Shown in pieces: positions 62,970 through 64,000 of a DNA stretch of 64,000 bases. The stretch's first letter is position 1; each line of letters begins with the position of its first letter. Position numbers and translations under genes: made by a program. The notes under the pieces were generated by a model. The model saw only the letters and a program-made list of their open reading frames with translations, made no database searches and was not told the origin of the DNA. This DNA is from a virus (lineage: Duplodnaviria; Caudoviricetes), in IMG/VR virus record IMGVR_UViG_3300005615_000001, positions 7,508 to 71,507 of that record; one strand, given 5' to 3'.

Positions 62970-63173
62970 ATGAGTGGTTCAACGCCGGACGGCATCAGAG
63001 CAAAAGAAGTGACATCATCAGACGACTATCGTGATGAGCGCAGGCCGGTTGGCGTGAGGTACGTGCATCAAGATTTGATGACCAAGATGCACGACAAAGC
63101 GGAACGCTCAGATCCGTGCCCGTGCGGGAGTGGCGTGAGGTTCGGGGATTGCCACTACGATGGTCAACGCTAA
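62970..63173 (+). CDS. SEC-C motif protein
   Basis: RSDPCPCGSGVRFGDCH; GGAGG SD. Confidence 0.75.
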   Translation: MSGSTPDGIRAKEVTSSDDYRDERRPVGVRYVHQDLMTKMHDKAERSDPCPCGSGVRFGDCHYDGQR

Positions 63174-63217
63174 CGATCCAAGGCGCTGAATAGAGTCTAG
63201 GGGCATCGGTTCGGAGG

Positions 63218-63652
63218 ATGAGCATCGGAAACATCTGCGGGCATGTTGATTTGCAGCCGTGCCAGCGTCCTAACCGTCGCGGGTGGAAGCACGCTTACGG
63301 TCGCGATGTCGAGATGCCGCATGATATCTGCGAAGGGTGCGGCGGGTGCGTCGATTGCGGCCAAGGATGTAACGAGAACCCGGTTGGTACGATGGCCTTG
63401 CCGAGCGGCGCGGCGCCGATTAATATCGCGCGCGCCACGCTTTTTGAGCGCCGAGTGTTGTACCTCCGTGAGTTGCAACGCATGCGAGCCGAAGGCGTCA
63501 GATCATCTGCGCATCTGGCATATCTCGACGGCGGCATCGCCGTAGCGCGGGCGATATTGATACGCCTCGGCGATCGGCTCGGACAAGAGCCGAGGTCAGT
63601 TGAAGAGTACTTGCTCATGCTCGCGGCGCCATCAGAATCGCTGCCGATGTAG
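63218..63652 (+). CDS. Cys/His-rich hypothetical protein
   Basis: GGAGG SD; CEGCGGCVDCGQGC. Confidence 0.55.
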   Translation: MSIGNICGHVDLQPCQRPNRRGWKHAYGRDVEMPHDICEGCGGCVDCGQGCNENPVGTMALPSGAAPINIARATLFERRVLYLRELQRMRAEGVRSSAHLAYLDGGIAVARAILIRLGDRLGQEPRSVEEYLLMLAAPSESLPM

Positions 63653-63730
63653 TAGTTCGTGGATTGGATCAAGGTTCGCGAGCGGCGCCACGCTTCCTTG
63701 CTACAGCGGCGCGCGCGTACACTCTCGTGC

Positions 63731-63997
63731 ATGAAGGCAGTTCAGCCGCAGGTTCCCGGATACGACACGCACATTCTCGCGCGCGAGCAGACCGAGTACG
63801 TCCAGCTTCCGGCAGTTTTCACCGAAGTCGCGAACGTGCCGTGCGTCGTGACTCGGTGGACATTCACGCCTGAAGAACGTGCGGCGATAGCGGCAGGCGC
63901 TGACGTTTGGCTGGAAATGCTGACGTTTGGCGAGCGAGCGAATCCGGTACGGCTCGGCGTTGAATGTCCGCTTGAGCCGATCGGTGAGCCGTCGTGA
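63731..63997 (+). CDS. conserved phage protein
   Basis: Q.EY..LPA...VVTRWTFTPEER..IAAG..VWL motif; TACACT 7 nt before ATG. Confidence 0.7.
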   Translation: MKAVQPQVPGYDTHILAREQTEYVQLPAVFTEVANVPCVVTRWTFTPEERAAIAAGADVWLEMLTFGERANPVRLGVECPLEPIGEPS

Positions 63998-64000
63998 GCA

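Noticed and set aside
1-64000. Genome-wide TAG recoding suggested by the amber at 24552 and the tRNA-Gln
   Set aside because: Major genes end in TAG (2345, 18403, 20676, 52184), long ORFs have no internal TAGs, and the tRNA anticodon is UUG, not CUA.
1-64000. Integrase, CI repressor, major capsid protein, CRISPR-Cas or defence system
   Set aside because: No diagnostic motifs found in this window; they may lie outside it.

Overview
The whole window is a GC-rich (roughly 60-65% by eye) tailed dsDNA phage or prophage genome segment. The likely host is Acidobacteriota (Thermoanaerobaculia-like), inferred from secreted-protein signatures. Layout: tail module (1-18.4 kb) repeatedly interrupted by reverse-strand accessory cassettes; membrane/holin cluster with a PAS-domain protein (18.6-22.1 kb); a secreted Ca-binding cargo gene; a leftward early operon (23.1-28.8 kb); a divergent promoter switch at 28.85 kb; a rightward early operon (ERF, YqaJ, RusA, replication initiator plus DnaC-like loader, cupin, C5-methyltransferase, GH-A glycosidase); a consensus promoter with a tRNA-like structured leader (45.1-45.3 kb); then terminase, fibre-like exported proteins, HNH plus M15 endolysin, portal, three tRNAs and a gpF head protein. 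No integrase, major capsid gene or CRISPR array is visible. Top finding: the gpF gene carries a 322-aa intein whose central region has no sense-strand endonuclease. Instead, a complete HTH-HTH-Vsr/DUF559-like endonuclease gene is nested on the antisense strand, and its start codon, Shine-Dalgarno, stop codon and extended -10 promoter are all written into the intein's own codons. Family names are recognised from motifs by eye; no database searches were run.
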